A DNA stretch of 64,000 bases from an uncultured Olsenella sp. (GTDB taxonomy: Bacteria > Actinomycetota > Coriobacteriia > Coriobacteriales > Atopobiaceae), in NCBI GenBank assembly GCA_900314495.1, contig OMVJ01000005.1, positions 26,726-90,725 of the forward strand, written 5' to 3'. The notes under the pieces are model-generated. The model saw nothing but the letters and a program-made list of their open reading frames with translations. It made no database searches and was not told the origin of the DNA. The position numbers were made by a program, and so were the translations under genes. How positions within the stretch are numbered: the stretch's first letter is position 1; every line of letters starts with the position of its first letter. Below, in pieces: positions 46,834-55,847 of this stretch.

Positions 46834-46888
46834 CCACATGTTGTGGTGGTTGTTCTTTGCTGCGGATACTATGCCACAAGTTCTTGTG
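46834..46888 (-). promoter_or_regulatory. Two candidate NrdR boxes upstream of nrdD
   Basis: CCACATGTTGTGG (46834-46846) and CACAAGTTCTTGTG (46875-46888) are palindromes resembling the NrdR consensus acaCwAtATaTwGtgt. Their centres are ~41.5 bp apart. A TAGTAT -10-like hexamer lies between them on the minus strand. Confidence 0.55.
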
Positions 46889-47052
46889 TTGAATTCTCGA
46901 GAATCCCCAAGATATTGTTGATAACCCTGTTGAAGGGTTGTCGATAAGTCGCGTCTTCGCAGGTAAGAGATTTGCGAGCAGGACAACAATTGACTGGAAA
47001 ATTCTTTCGTCAATTCTTTTCGTCCCCGATTCCCCCACATCTGCCGAAAACA

Positions 47053-47096
47053 TGACAAAGGGGGACGTTTCCCTATTGACACGGGAAGCGTCCCCC
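47053..47096. repeat. Type-B repeat unit plus a partial unit
   Basis: TGACAAAGGGGGACGTTTCCCTATTGACACG followed by GGAAGCGTCCCCC, about 30 nt downstream of the stop of the minus-strand acidic-protein gene. Confidence 0.85.
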
Positions 47097-47127
47097 ACAA
47101 ATGGCAGCGCGTCTGGCGCCTGCCAGC

Positions 47128-47565
47128 CTACTCGAACTCTATGAAGGGCTCGTCGTTGGCGGCGGTGTCGATGTACTCCTCGTCGTCCAGGAGCTCCTCC
47201 AGGTCGGCGTCGTCGTCCGCGTAGTCCTCGCTCTCCCACACGTAGCTGGTGGCCAGGTCGGAGTCGTCGTCCAGGTCCGGAAGGGAGCTGGTTATGGAGC
47301 AGAGCCCCTCGGCTGCAGGCACGATCTTCTGCCACTGGGTCAGCACGGCGTCCTCCGGCGCCTCGTCCAGCTCCACCAGGGAGTCCAGGTAAATCTCGTG
47401 CGCGCCCTCCAGGAGGTCCGAGCGCTCCTTTATGTCCTCGAACATGTCGGCAAACTTGCGCAGCGCGTCATCCGCGTCCTCCGCACTCACCACGGACGGC
47501 AGGAGGCAGTAGTTGTTCTTGTCGTCCTTGTCGTCGCTGTAGCTGAAGTTGCCAATGTAGAGCAT
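47128..47565 (-). CDS. Small highly acidic protein, unknown function
   Basis: The ORF is very rich in Asp and Glu. Start ATG 47565 (MLYIGNFSYSDDKDD...). No recognised motif. Confidence 0.5.
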   Translation of the reverse strand: MLYIGNFSYSDDKDDKNNYCLLPSVVSAEDADDALRKFADMFEDIKERSDLLEGAHEIYLDSLVELDEAPEDAVLTQWQKIVPAAEGLCSITSSLPDLDDDSDLATSYVWESEDYADDDADLEELLDDEEYIDTAANDEPFIEFE

Positions 47566-47836
47566 GGTGACCTCCGATTGACGGTGACTTCCCACCAGGG
47601 CTTGGGCGCGACGCCCGCTCTGACTACGTTACCCCACGTGGCGGGGCCGGCCGGGTCGCCTTCGGCGTGCGGCACGGCGGGAGAACGCAAAGCGCAGGCC
47701 AGTCACCTGAGCGCCCGACTGTGCTACCGGCGGTTGAACATTGGGTGGGGAGCGCGGTGTGGCCGTATAATCGTGGGATACGACAGCCATGTGCGCCGCA
47801 CGCTCGGCGCATTGCACACACTTGCCGGAGGCAACG

Positions 47837-49294
47837 ATGGCGGACAGCCGCAACACGTTTGACACTGACGACTACGGGTGGGATGCCGGGGAGGGCGGGC
47901 GCGACCCCCAGCGCCGGGCCCGGGCCCCGGAGGACTTGGAGAAGACCCAGGTGAGGCAGCGGCCCCTGCGCGTCCCGACTTCCAACGACTCCGACTATGC
48001 GGCGGAGCCTCGCAGGACCCGTCAGCAGCAGGACCGTCGCAGGCAGGCCGGTTCGGGCCAGACCCGGCAGCGCACTGGCTCCCAGCAGGGGCGGCGTCAG
48101 GCCTCGCAAGGCGCGCAGGCAACCCAGCGCCGGGCCCAGCGCCCTGCCGGCGGGCAGGGAAACCCGACTGCCGACCAGCGGCGTGAGCCCCAGCGCCGCC
48201 AGCGCCCGGCGGCCGCGCAGCAGGGTCAGCGCCGTGCGCCTCAGCCGCAGAGGGCCCAGGGCGGGCAGGCGCGCCCGGCTGGCGCCCGCCAGGGCCAGCG
48301 CGCCTCCCAGCAGGGCCAGCCACAGCAGAGGCGTCGCCCCCAGCAGTCCCGCCCGGCAAACGCGCAAGGCCGCAGGCAGCCCAGGCCCGCCGGCCAGGGC
48401 AGCCACCGCAAGGCCGGCAACGCCAAGGGTGGGCGTTCCGGCTTTCCCATCGGGCTCTTCGCAGTCGTCGCGGCCGTAATCGTGGCCGTGCTCGCGGTCT
48501 TCTCGGTCGTCAAGTGCAGCTCCAACCGCGGCCAGGAGGCAACGCTGGGCTCCGCGGCGCAGTCGGCGCTCGCTGGCTCCGGCGAGGTCAGCGCGGGCGG
48601 TGCCAGCACGGGCTCTGCGACAACTGAGGCCTCCGCGTTCGTCGCGGACGGCAACTACTACGTGGAGGCGTGCTCGGCCAAGAGCGTGATGATGACGCTG
48701 GACGCCATTGGCACAGGCAACGACGGCTACACCACCGTCGTCGTGAGCGAGGAGATTGACACCCCCAACCAGCAGGTCGTCCTGAAGAACAACGCGGACG
48801 GCAAGACGTGCACGCTCATCACCGAGACGGGCCTCGCCCTTGACTGCGGCGACACGTCCGCCGGCGCGGGCAACGGCGTCTATGCCATGAAGCCCTCGGG
48901 CGCCGACTCCCAGAACTGGCTGCTGGTGCCCGTGAAGGGCTCCGACGGCAGCGTGGACGGCTACCTGCTGGAGACGGCGGACGGCGCCTACGCCATTCAG
49001 GTGGGCGAGACGACCGATGGCTCTGCCGTGACGCTTGAGGAGGCCGACCCCACGAACGAGAGCCAGAAGTTCCGCTTCGTGCCCAAGGACACGGTCACCT
49101 CGACCCTTGGGCAGACCGCCAAGAGCGACTTCGGTGACGGTGGGGACTCCGGCCAGAGCTCCGACGGCACGGACTATTCCGGCGACACGGATTATTCGGA
49201 GAGTTCTGACTACTCTGATGGCTCCGACTACTCTGACTACTCGTCGGAAGACGCCGGCTACTCCGACGCGTCCTCCGACTCCTACGATGCGTAG
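47837..49294 (+). CDS. Single-pass membrane protein: Arg/Gln-rich disordered cytoplasmic region, TM, extracellular ricin-B-like lectin domain, SDY-rich tail
   Basis: About 190 aa of R/Q/P/A low complexity, then TM GLFAVVAAVIVAVLAVFSVV. Beta-trefoil-like QxW-type motifs (SQNWLLV, SQKFRFV). The C-terminus has SDYS/DGSDYSDYS repeats. Confidence 0.6.
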   Translation: MADSRNTFDTDDYGWDAGEGGRDPQRRARAPEDLEKTQVRQRPLRVPTSNDSDYAAEPRRTRQQQDRRRQAGSGQTRQRTGSQQGRRQASQGAQATQRRAQRPAGGQGNPTADQRREPQRRQRPAAAQQGQRRAPQPQRAQGGQARPAGARQGQRASQQGQPQQRRRPQQSRPANAQGRRQPRPAGQGSHRKAGNAKGGRSGFPIGLFAVVAAVIVAVLAVFSVVKCSSNRGQEATLGSAAQSALAGSGEVSAGGASTGSATTEASAFVADGNYYVEACSAKSVMMTLDAIGTGNDGYTTVVVSEEIDTPNQQVVLKNNADGKTCTLITETGLALDCGDTSAGAGNGVYAMKPSGADSQNWLLVPVKGSDGSVDGYLLETADGAYAIQVGETTDGSAVTLEEADPTNESQKFRFVPKDTVTSTLGQTAKSDFGDGGDSGQSSDGTDYSGDTDYSESSDYSDGSDYSDYSSEDAGYSDASSDSYDA

Positions 49295-50225
49295 CTCCGG
49301 CGGGTCCGCCCGGCACATGCGGCGGCAGCCCCCGCGCCGCTCGCGCGGCGGCGCAATCGCGCTGACGGTTGTGGCCAGCCTTGCTGCGGTGCTGGTGTTT
49401 GCGCTGGTAGTCGTGGGTGGCAGGGGCACTTTGCCCATGGGTGCGGCCCAGGGATCTGCCGCGGCGGCGCAAGCCACGGGCGGCTCCGCCTCAACAACGG
49501 AAGGGTCTGCCGTGAACACCGAACCTGCCGACAGCACTGACGAGGGATCCTCGGGCATGGTGGCTGGTCCGGGCGCCTTCCGTGCCATGATCGACGCCGG
49601 CCAGGTTCACTCCATCCGCCTGATCGGGGACTCCATCACGGCTGGCTACCTGTGCGACGGTTGGGCGGACCCAGACGTTGCCAAGACCACGGACGTCATG
49701 TACGACAACGGCCACGGTCAGATTCACTACGAGCCAAGCCCCAGCATAGACTGCTGGGCCAACGACTTCCGGGTTTGGGCCCAGGGGCACGGCGTCTCCC
49801 GGTTCGTGAACGCTGGGTTGGGTGGTTGGACCATGGGGATGCTCTCGGACTACCCCAGCTTCTGGATTGGCGACGGCGCGGACGTGATTTTCGTGGCGCT
49901 GGGCACCAACGACGCGGCGTACGACGGCTCGGAGGCTCTGCGCCAGGCGGCCGAGTCCGCCCTGCCGGTGGTGGCGGAGAACTGCAAGCTCATGGTTGTT
50001 GTGGGCCCCACGGACAACGAGCGCTACGACGTGAGCATTGCCGACACGGTGCGCGACGCCAACCAGGTACTGCGCGAGGTCTGCGCGGACCACAACTATA
50101 TATATGTAGACTGCTATGACTGCGTGACCACGGACGACCTCAACGATGACCTCCTGCACCCCACCAGCGAGGGCTCGCACAAGATCTGGCAAAGAATCTG
50201 CACCGAGCTGAGCCTGGAGGGCTAG
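49287..50225 (+). CDS. Membrane-anchored SGNH/GDSL hydrolase
   Basis: TM AIALTVVASLAAVLVFALVVVG. Block I GDSITAGY, block III GTNDA, block V DDLLHPT. ATG 49287 overlaps the upstream stop; ATG 49317 is an alternative. Confidence 0.75.
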   Translation: MRSSGGSARHMRRQPPRRSRGGAIALTVVASLAAVLVFALVVVGGRGTLPMGAAQGSAAAAQATGGSASTTEGSAVNTEPADSTDEGSSGMVAGPGAFRAMIDAGQVHSIRLIGDSITAGYLCDGWADPDVAKTTDVMYDNGHGQIHYEPSPSIDCWANDFRVWAQGHGVSRFVNAGLGGWTMGMLSDYPSFWIGDGADVIFVALGTNDAAYDGSEALRQAAESALPVVAENCKLMVVVGPTDNERYDVSIADTVRDANQVLREVCADHNYIYVDCYDCVTTDDLNDDLLHPTSEGSHKIWQRICTELSLEG

Positions 50226-50461
50226 CCGCGCGCAAGCCCGGCACAAGGGGCCGCACGGTTTTGTCGATGGCGTGACACGCGTTTGACATATTGCTCTTTT
50301 CACTGGTTTTTTGTAGCATATGTATGTTTGACCCCACGGCAGCTACGTGCACACCAGTCGTGGATGGCCACCAGGTAGCAAAGTTCAATCGCCCGGCGGG
50401 CGTCGAGCGCCACAAATTGTTCGTGCAAGGCGCAGAAGCCGCAGGCAAGAAGGAGATGTGC

Positions 50462-51265
50462 ATGTCCGGACACTCTAAGTGGGCAACCACCAAGCACAAG
50501 AAGGCAGCCATTGACGCCAAGCGTTCTGCGCTGTTCTCCAAGCACTCGCGCAACATCACCGTTGCCGCTCGCACTGGTGGCGACCCCAACCCCGACAACA
50601 ACGCCTCCCTTGCCGCTGCCGTTGCGCGCGCCCGCATGGTCTCCATGCCCAACGCCAAGATTCAGGCCGCAATCGACAAGGCCTTCGGCACCGGCGCGGA
50701 CGCCGTCGTGTACAAGGAGGTCACCTACGAGGGATACGGCCCCGCTGGCATCGCCCTGTACGTCGAGTGCCTGACGGACAACCTCAACCGCACCGCGGCT
50801 GACGTCCGCTCCGCCTTCACCCACGCCGGCGGCAACCTGGGCACCTCCGGCTCCGTCGCCTTCCAGTTTGAGCGCAAGGGCCAGATTGCCGTTGACAAGG
50901 TCATCGTCTCTGACGAGAAGAAGGTTCCCGACAAGCCCAACGCCACCGACGAGGAGGAGTTTATGATGGCCGTCGCCGAGGCTGGTGGCGACGACTACGA
51001 GGACGCCGGTGACGAGTGGATTGTCACTACCGATTACACCGCCCTGCAGGACGTCGTGAAGGGCCTCGAGGATCAGGGCATCATCGTCAAGGGCTCCGAG
51101 CTCACCATGATCCCCACCACCCCCACGGACGTGACCGTTGCCGACGCCAAGAAGGTCCAGCGCCTGGTCGACCGCCTGGAGGAGCTTGACGACGTGCAGA
51201 ACGTGTACGACACCATGAACCGCACGGACGAGATTGAGGAGGCCCTCGCCGAGGACGAGGACTAG
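50462..51265 (+). CDS. YebC/PmpR-family DNA-binding regulator
   Basis: MSGHSKWATTKHKKAAIDAKRS... conserved N-terminus. RBS AAGGAG. Confidence 0.9.
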   Translation: MSGHSKWATTKHKKAAIDAKRSALFSKHSRNITVAARTGGDPNPDNNASLAAAVARARMVSMPNAKIQAAIDKAFGTGADAVVYKEVTYEGYGPAGIALYVECLTDNLNRTAADVRSAFTHAGGNLGTSGSVAFQFERKGQIAVDKVIVSDEKKVPDKPNATDEEEFMMAVAEAGGDDYEDAGDEWIVTTDYTALQDVVKGLEDQGIIVKGSELTMIPTTPTDVTVADAKKVQRLVDRLEELDDVQNVYDTMNRTDEIEEALAEDED

Positions 51266-51301
51266 CCTGGCGGGTTCTGGTCTGGTTAGGTGCAACTTCA
51301 T

Positions 51302-51332
51302 GGGCGGTGGCCGCGCGGCTGCCGCCCTTTTT
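51302..51332 (+). terminator. Intrinsic terminator after the YebC-family gene
   Basis: GC-rich hairpin GGGCGGTGGCCGC/GCGGCTGCCGCCC followed by TTTTT. Confidence 0.65.
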
Positions 51333-51335
51333 GAC

Positions 51336-51397
51336 GAGACAGGGGGACGCACCTTTTGTCTCATTCAAATGAGACAAAAGGTGCGTCCCCCTGTCTC
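51336..51397. repeat. Type-A palindromic repeat, full unit, identical to 4679-4740
   Basis: 62/62 nt identity with the copy at 4679-4740. Confidence 0.95.
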
Positions 51398-51412
51398 ATG
51401 AAGGGAGCTGGC

Positions 51413-52660
51413 ATGGCAAGGAGCAAGGGTGGGGAGTCTCTGCTGCGCAAGGCGCGGGAGGCCATGGACGCGCGCGAGTGGGACGCCGCGCAGGACTACG
51501 CGCAGCGCGTGCTGGTGGGCGACCCCGACGACGTGGAGGCCCACATGCTGGCCTTCCTCTCTGGCCGGCACATCGCGTCCGTGGACGACCTTCAGGCCGT
51601 TGCCGCGCAGATTGTGTCCGTCGTGCCGGCTGTGGCCACGCCGCTGGCGGAAGTGCTTGCCGCGGAGGAGGGCACGGACGACGATGCGGAGCCCTCGCCT
51701 GCGCCCCATGCGGACGTTGCGGCCCTCCTGGCGCAGAACCCCGGCGTGCACGCCCCCTACGACTCCAAGCTGGACGGTTTGCACCAGGCCAAGGACGCCT
51801 TCGACGCCGTGTTTGGGGACCCAGACTGGGCATTCGCCCTTGAGCACGCGTACACGGACGACAACCGCCGCATGGTTCGCGCGCGAGAAGCCGCGGAGGA
51901 GGTCTTCTCTGCTGCCTTTGCCGAGGAGAAGGCGCATCTCGATGCCGCCTGCCAGGCCGCCAAGGGCCGCGTCCCGCAGACGGTGGAGCTGGTGGCGGAT
52001 GCCCGCAAGGCGTGCGACGCGGCTCGCGCGGAGCTTGAGGAGCGCAGCGGCGCCCGCAAGAGCGCCGTCAGCGATCACTATTCCTTCCTGCACAGGAACA
52101 TCCGCACGGCTCACGCGGGCCTGCGGGTGGGCGTGGTTCTCATCGTGCTCGGCCTTGTGCTCCTGGTGCTCACGCTGGTGCCCAGCACGGGTACCATCAC
52201 CAACCCCCTGGCGTCATTTGCGCAGGTATCCGTACCCATTTCGCTGGTGGTTGTGGTGGTGGGCATCGGTTTGCTCATGGCTCGTTCCGGCCTTGTGCGC
52301 GACAACCAGGACCACATGGCGGAGCGCGTGAAGGCGGGCAGCGACGCCAAGGACCAGATTCAGCGCGAGGTCGACGAGCTTGGCACCCGCGTCGCGGCCG
52401 TGGAGTCGTGCATCAACAGCCTGGAGTGGGCCGGCTTGGAGGGTGACGGCTTCGGGCGGGCGCGTGGGGACCTGTCGCAGGCGGTGGCGCGCCTGGCCGG
52501 CGGCGAGGACGAAGGTGCCGCGCCGGAGGACGCCAGGCAGGGGAGTGCGGAGCCCGAAGCCGTGGAGTCCGAAGCGGCTGAGCCCGCAGGTTCCGCGATT
52601 GACGACGCGCCCGCCGAGGTGACCGCCGACGCTGAGGACAAGCCTGCCGACCCCAGCTAG
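51413..52660 (+). CDS. Membrane protein with a helical-repeat-like N-terminal region, two TM helices and an acidic C-terminal tail; unknown function
   Basis: RBS GAAGGGAG. N-terminal LLRKAREAMDAREWDAAQDYAQRVLVGDPDDVEAHML (TPR-like). TMs at VGVVLIVLGLVLLVLTLV and ISLVVVVVGIGLLMA. Confidence 0.5.
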   Translation: MARSKGGESLLRKAREAMDAREWDAAQDYAQRVLVGDPDDVEAHMLAFLSGRHIASVDDLQAVAAQIVSVVPAVATPLAEVLAAEEGTDDDAEPSPAPHADVAALLAQNPGVHAPYDSKLDGLHQAKDAFDAVFGDPDWAFALEHAYTDDNRRMVRAREAAEEVFSAAFAEEKAHLDAACQAAKGRVPQTVELVADARKACDAARAELEERSGARKSAVSDHYSFLHRNIRTAHAGLRVGVVLIVLGLVLLVLTLVPSTGTITNPLASFAQVSVPISLVVVVVGIGLLMARSGLVRDNQDHMAERVKAGSDAKDQIQREVDELGTRVAAVESCINSLEWAGLEGDGFGRARGDLSQAVARLAGGEDEGAAPEDARQGSAEPEAVESEAAEPAGSAIDDAPAEVTADAEDKPADPS

Positions 52661-52663
52661 AAG

Positions 52664-53857
52664 CTAGAAGACCTTCTGGACCTGGCCCATGATGTGTGGT
52701 CCCATGGTGTGCCAGTTGCCGGTATCTGGGAGAAGCTCGCCAGAGACCGTTACTGTCAGGCCAACGTACTGATCGCAGTTTGTGCCGTAGAACGCATTGT
52801 TGGCAACCGTGTTGTGCTCCAGGGTGGCAAACTGCAGTTTGGTCACGGTCTTCGTGCCATTGCGGTCAGTAATGGTGAGGGGCGCCGCGAGGTTCACATA
52901 GTAATAGCGGATGTATCCGCCCTCGCCGCCGTAGTCATCCTCCTGCGCGTAGCCGACCATGCCCGTTAGGGTGATCGTGTCGCCCTGGGTCGCGCTCGTG
53001 GGGTTGGCGGCGATGGCGGCCTGCTTGTCCTGCTCGGCCTTCTGCTTTGCGGCCTTCTCGGCCGCGGCCTTCTGCTGTGTGGCGCGCTCGGCCTCCTCCT
53101 TGGCAATCTCCGCCTTGCGGTCGTCGCGCGCGGACGAGACGAGTGCCGTCCACGAGCTGGGGTCTTCCACGCCGGCTTCGGACATCCAGCTGGAGACCGC
53201 GGCAATCTGCTCGTCGGTCACGTCCTCCGGTGCCACGGGTGCGAGCGAGAAGTCCAGCTCGTCAGTCTGGCTTCCATTCACACTGACGGAAGTCTGGTGC
53301 TGGCTGTTCACGGCCATGGAAACGTGCGTGGATTCGCTTGGCACAAGGAAGATGGTGCCCGAGCTCGTGACGGGAGATCCGTAGACGGAGACGTCGTAGT
53401 CTCCCGCCAGCAGGCTGATGGAATTGGAGTCCTGGGTGACGGTGTAGATCTTGTCCACGCCGTCACCGTCCAGATTGCTGCCAACCACGCGCAAGGGAAC
53501 CGGCGAGGAGTTCTGGCCCAAGCCGTTGCCCGTGACGTTGACCGCCAGCACGACTGGGGCGTGAGTTTGCTGCCAGATCTTCTGTTGGGTTTGGTACCAG
53601 AGGTAACCTCCGGCAAGGCCCGCTGCCGCGACCACCGCCAGAATCACAGTCACGAGTGCCTTGCGTCGCGGCTTCTTGTTGGCGGACGCGAGTGGGTTCT
53701 CCGTGCCAGTTGGCTGTGCTGGTTTGCGGCCCGTCTCCCGCCTGGGTTGGCCGTGGGCTGAGGTCTGCCGGCCACCCCGTCGGAGCTGCGCGCCGCAGAA
53801 GGGGCAGAAGGCGGAGCTCGCGTCCTCTATCTTTGAACCGCAGTTCGGGCAATACAT
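52664..53857 (-). CDS. Zinc-ribbon membrane protein with an extracytoplasmic domain; unknown function
   Basis: MYCPNCGSKIEDASSAFCPFCGAQL zinc ribbon, TM ALVTVILAVVAAAGLAGGYLWY, and a ~280-aa C-terminal region including a Lys/Ala/Glu-rich segment. Confidence 0.6.
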   Translation of the reverse strand: MYCPNCGSKIEDASSAFCPFCGAQLRRGGRQTSAHGQPRRETGRKPAQPTGTENPLASANKKPRRKALVTVILAVVAAAGLAGGYLWYQTQQKIWQQTHAPVVLAVNVTGNGLGQNSSPVPLRVVGSNLDGDGVDKIYTVTQDSNSISLLAGDYDVSVYGSPVTSSGTIFLVPSESTHVSMAVNSQHQTSVSVNGSQTDELDFSLAPVAPEDVTDEQIAAVSSWMSEAGVEDPSSWTALVSSARDDRKAEIAKEEAERATQQKAAAEKAAKQKAEQDKQAAIAANPTSATQGDTITLTGMVGYAQEDDYGGEGGYIRYYYVNLAAPLTITDRNGTKTVTKLQFATLEHNTVANNAFYGTNCDQYVGLTVTVSGELLPDTGNWHTMGPHIMGQVQKVF

Positions 53858-54008
53858 GGCGACCCCTAGCGAAGTACCTTTGTAGCTGGCATTCACTGTA
53901 AGGTAGCCGCGGCGGAATCTGTTGCGCAACATTTTCCTACCGGAAGGTACTCGAGGCAGCCCTTGGCCGCGCTTCGTTGTTCTCTGCGGGAGTTTGCAAC
54001 TCAACGGC

Positions 54009-54042
54009 TACCCCACAAGCGGAGGCTTCCGCTTGTGGGGTA
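54009..54042. repeat. Hairpin TACCCCACAAGCGG-aggctt-CCGCTTGTGGGGTA (type-C repeat, copy 1)
   Basis: Perfect 14-bp stem, followed on the plus strand by AAGTTTTCTT. Confidence 0.8.
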
Positions 54043-54097
54043 AAGTTTTCTTGCAGAATAATCGCAGGTAAAAGCCGAGAAGCGCATCAAGAAAGAA

Positions 54098-54133
54098 CTA
54101 CCCCACAACCGAATCGTGTCGGTTGTGGGGTAG
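54098..54133. repeat. Hairpin CTACCCCACAACCGA-atcgtg-TCGGTTGTGGGGTAG (type-C repeat, copy 2)
   Basis: Perfect 15-bp stem sharing CTACCCCACAA with copy 1. On the minus strand it is followed by TTCTTTCTTG, so it is a plausible terminator for the radical-SAM gene. Confidence 0.8.
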
Positions 54134-54174
54134 CGGTAAAGGTGTGGGACGGCGACTGGTTCGCTCCTCTCGCA

Positions 54175-54204
54175 ATGAGACAAAAGGTACGTCCCCCTGT
54201 CTCA
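54175..54204. repeat. Type-A repeat, single arm
   Basis: ATGAGACAAAAGGTACGTCCCCCTGTCTCA is identical to 44489-44518. It abuts the TAA stop of the radical-SAM gene. Confidence 0.9.
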
Positions 54205-54205
54205 T

Positions 54206-55675
54206 TTAGTCGAGGACGGCCTCGCGCTCGGCGTCGTGCTCGTTCATGCGACGGACCTTCTCCTCGCCAGAGAGGTTGTTGACCTCGTCCTCGAACTCCT
54301 TCTTGCCCGTGGGGTGCTCCTCAAGCCAAAGCTTCTTGGCGGTAGGCGCCCAGTTCTTGGCGTACGGGGTGGTGCGGGCCTGGACGGCCTCGGGCGGCTC
54401 CGGCGTGACGTACTCCGTGCTGTGGGCGCCGGCCTCCTTGACCATCTTGGGCAGCAAGGCGGGGTTCTCCAGCATGGGGCAGGGCTGCAGCATGTTGTTG
54501 TTCCAGGGGTAGTGCTTGCGGTAGGCCTGGAACATGGGCTGGTGCAGGCAGTCAAGCCACGACGCGTCGCGGATGTTGACGTTGGAGTAGTGAATGAACA
54601 CGCAGGGCTCCACGTCGCCGCGGGCGTTCACGTGGCAGTAGATCCTGCCACCGGCAATGCAGCCGCCCACGTACTCGCCGTCGTTCTGGAAGTCCATGGC
54701 AAAGATGGGGAAGCCGCCCTCGAAGCCACGCACCTCGCGGATGCGGTGGAACATGTACTCGCGCTGCTCCTTGGTGGGCATGAGGTCCGCGTTGGCGCCC
54801 TCACCAACGGGCATGTAGTGGAAGAACCAGGCCCAGCGGCAGCCCTTGTCAACCAGCAGCTGGAAGAACTCGTCGGAGGAGACGCGCTCCGTGTTGGCGC
54901 GGGTGTAGGCGGTGGAGGTGCCGAAGAGCAGGCCGTGCTTGCGCATCAGGTCGAAGGCGCGCATGACCTCCTGGAAGGAGCCGTCGCCACGGCGGCCGTC
55001 GTTGACGGAGGGCTCGTAGGACTCCAGCGACACGCTGAAGACGATGTTGCCCAGCTCCTGGCAGCGCTGGCAGAACTTGTCGTCCACCAGCGAGGCGTTG
55101 GTGAAGATGTTGAAGAGGCAGTCGGAGTGCTTCTCGGCCAGCTTCAGGACGTCGCCCTTGCGGACCAGCGGCTCGCCGCCGGTGAGCATGAAGAGGTGGC
55201 TGCCCAGGGCAGAGGCCTCGGTGATGAGCTTGTCGCACTCGTCGTAGGTGAGGTTCAGGCGGTTGCCGTAGTCCGCCGCCCAGCAGCCCACGCAGTGCTT
55301 GTTGCAGGCGCTGGTCGGGTCAAAGAGGATGATCCAGGGCACGTTGCAGCCGTACTTCACGGCGTTCTCCATGCAGGTGCGGAAGCCGCGGAAGCCGCCC
55401 TCGTAGCCGCCGTTGAGGATGGCGGTGCGCAGCACGTGCGGGTCGGTCTTGTCAATGACGTCAAAGAACCAGTTCTCCCACTTGGAGCCGGGCTTGAGGC
55501 CGGTCTTGATGCCCTTGACGACACCAGGCGCGACGTCCTTCAGGAGCTTCTCGGCCATGGCCACGCCGTGCTGGAGCTTCTGCTCGCGGTCATCGCCGGT
55601 GCCGGCCTTCAGAATCTGGTCGATTGCGACGCTGAACGCCTTGCGCTCCGCCGCGTGTGCAATTTTGGACTGCAT
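54206..55675 (-). CDS. Radical SAM protein with an auxiliary Cys-containing C-terminal (SPASM/twitch-like) region; function unknown
   Basis: CNKHCVGCWA CxxxCxxC motif, GGEPLV, and C-terminal GGCIAGGRIYCHVNARGDVEPCVF and CPMLENP. RBS AGGGAGAG. Confidence 0.75.
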   Translation of the reverse strand: MQSKIAHAAERKAFSVAIDQILKAGTGDDREQKLQHGVAMAEKLLKDVAPGVVKGIKTGLKPGSKWENWFFDVIDKTDPHVLRTAILNGGYEGGFRGFRTCMENAVKYGCNVPWIILFDPTSACNKHCVGCWAADYGNRLNLTYDECDKLITEASALGSHLFMLTGGEPLVRKGDVLKLAEKHSDCLFNIFTNASLVDDKFCQRCQELGNIVFSVSLESYEPSVNDGRRGDGSFQEVMRAFDLMRKHGLLFGTSTAYTRANTERVSSDEFFQLLVDKGCRWAWFFHYMPVGEGANADLMPTKEQREYMFHRIREVRGFEGGFPIFAMDFQNDGEYVGGCIAGGRIYCHVNARGDVEPCVFIHYSNVNIRDASWLDCLHQPMFQAYRKHYPWNNNMLQPCPMLENPALLPKMVKEAGAHSTEYVTPEPPEAVQARTTPYAKNWAPTAKKLWLEEHPTGKKEFEDEVNNLSGEEKVRRMNEHDAEREAVLD

Positions 55676-55791
55676 ATTCTCTCCCTTGCCTGCAAGAACC
55701 GTGCCATATTGCACAGGTTGTGAATACAGAGGGCATTATCGGGAGACTCCAACAGGTGTTCAAGAAGCAAAAACACAACCCGTGGTATGAT

Positions 55792-55822
55792 ATGCAACCA
55801 TCAGTTCAAAAAATGGATGCAT
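55792..55822. promoter_or_regulatory. Inverted repeat ATGCAACCAT-N11-ATGGATGCAT in the divergent radical-SAM/TetR intergenic region
   Basis: 9/10 complementary arms, 26 nt upstream of the TetR ATG. Candidate TetR operator. Confidence 0.35.
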
Positions 55823-55847
55823 AAGCACCCGTTCAAGGAGAAATTGC

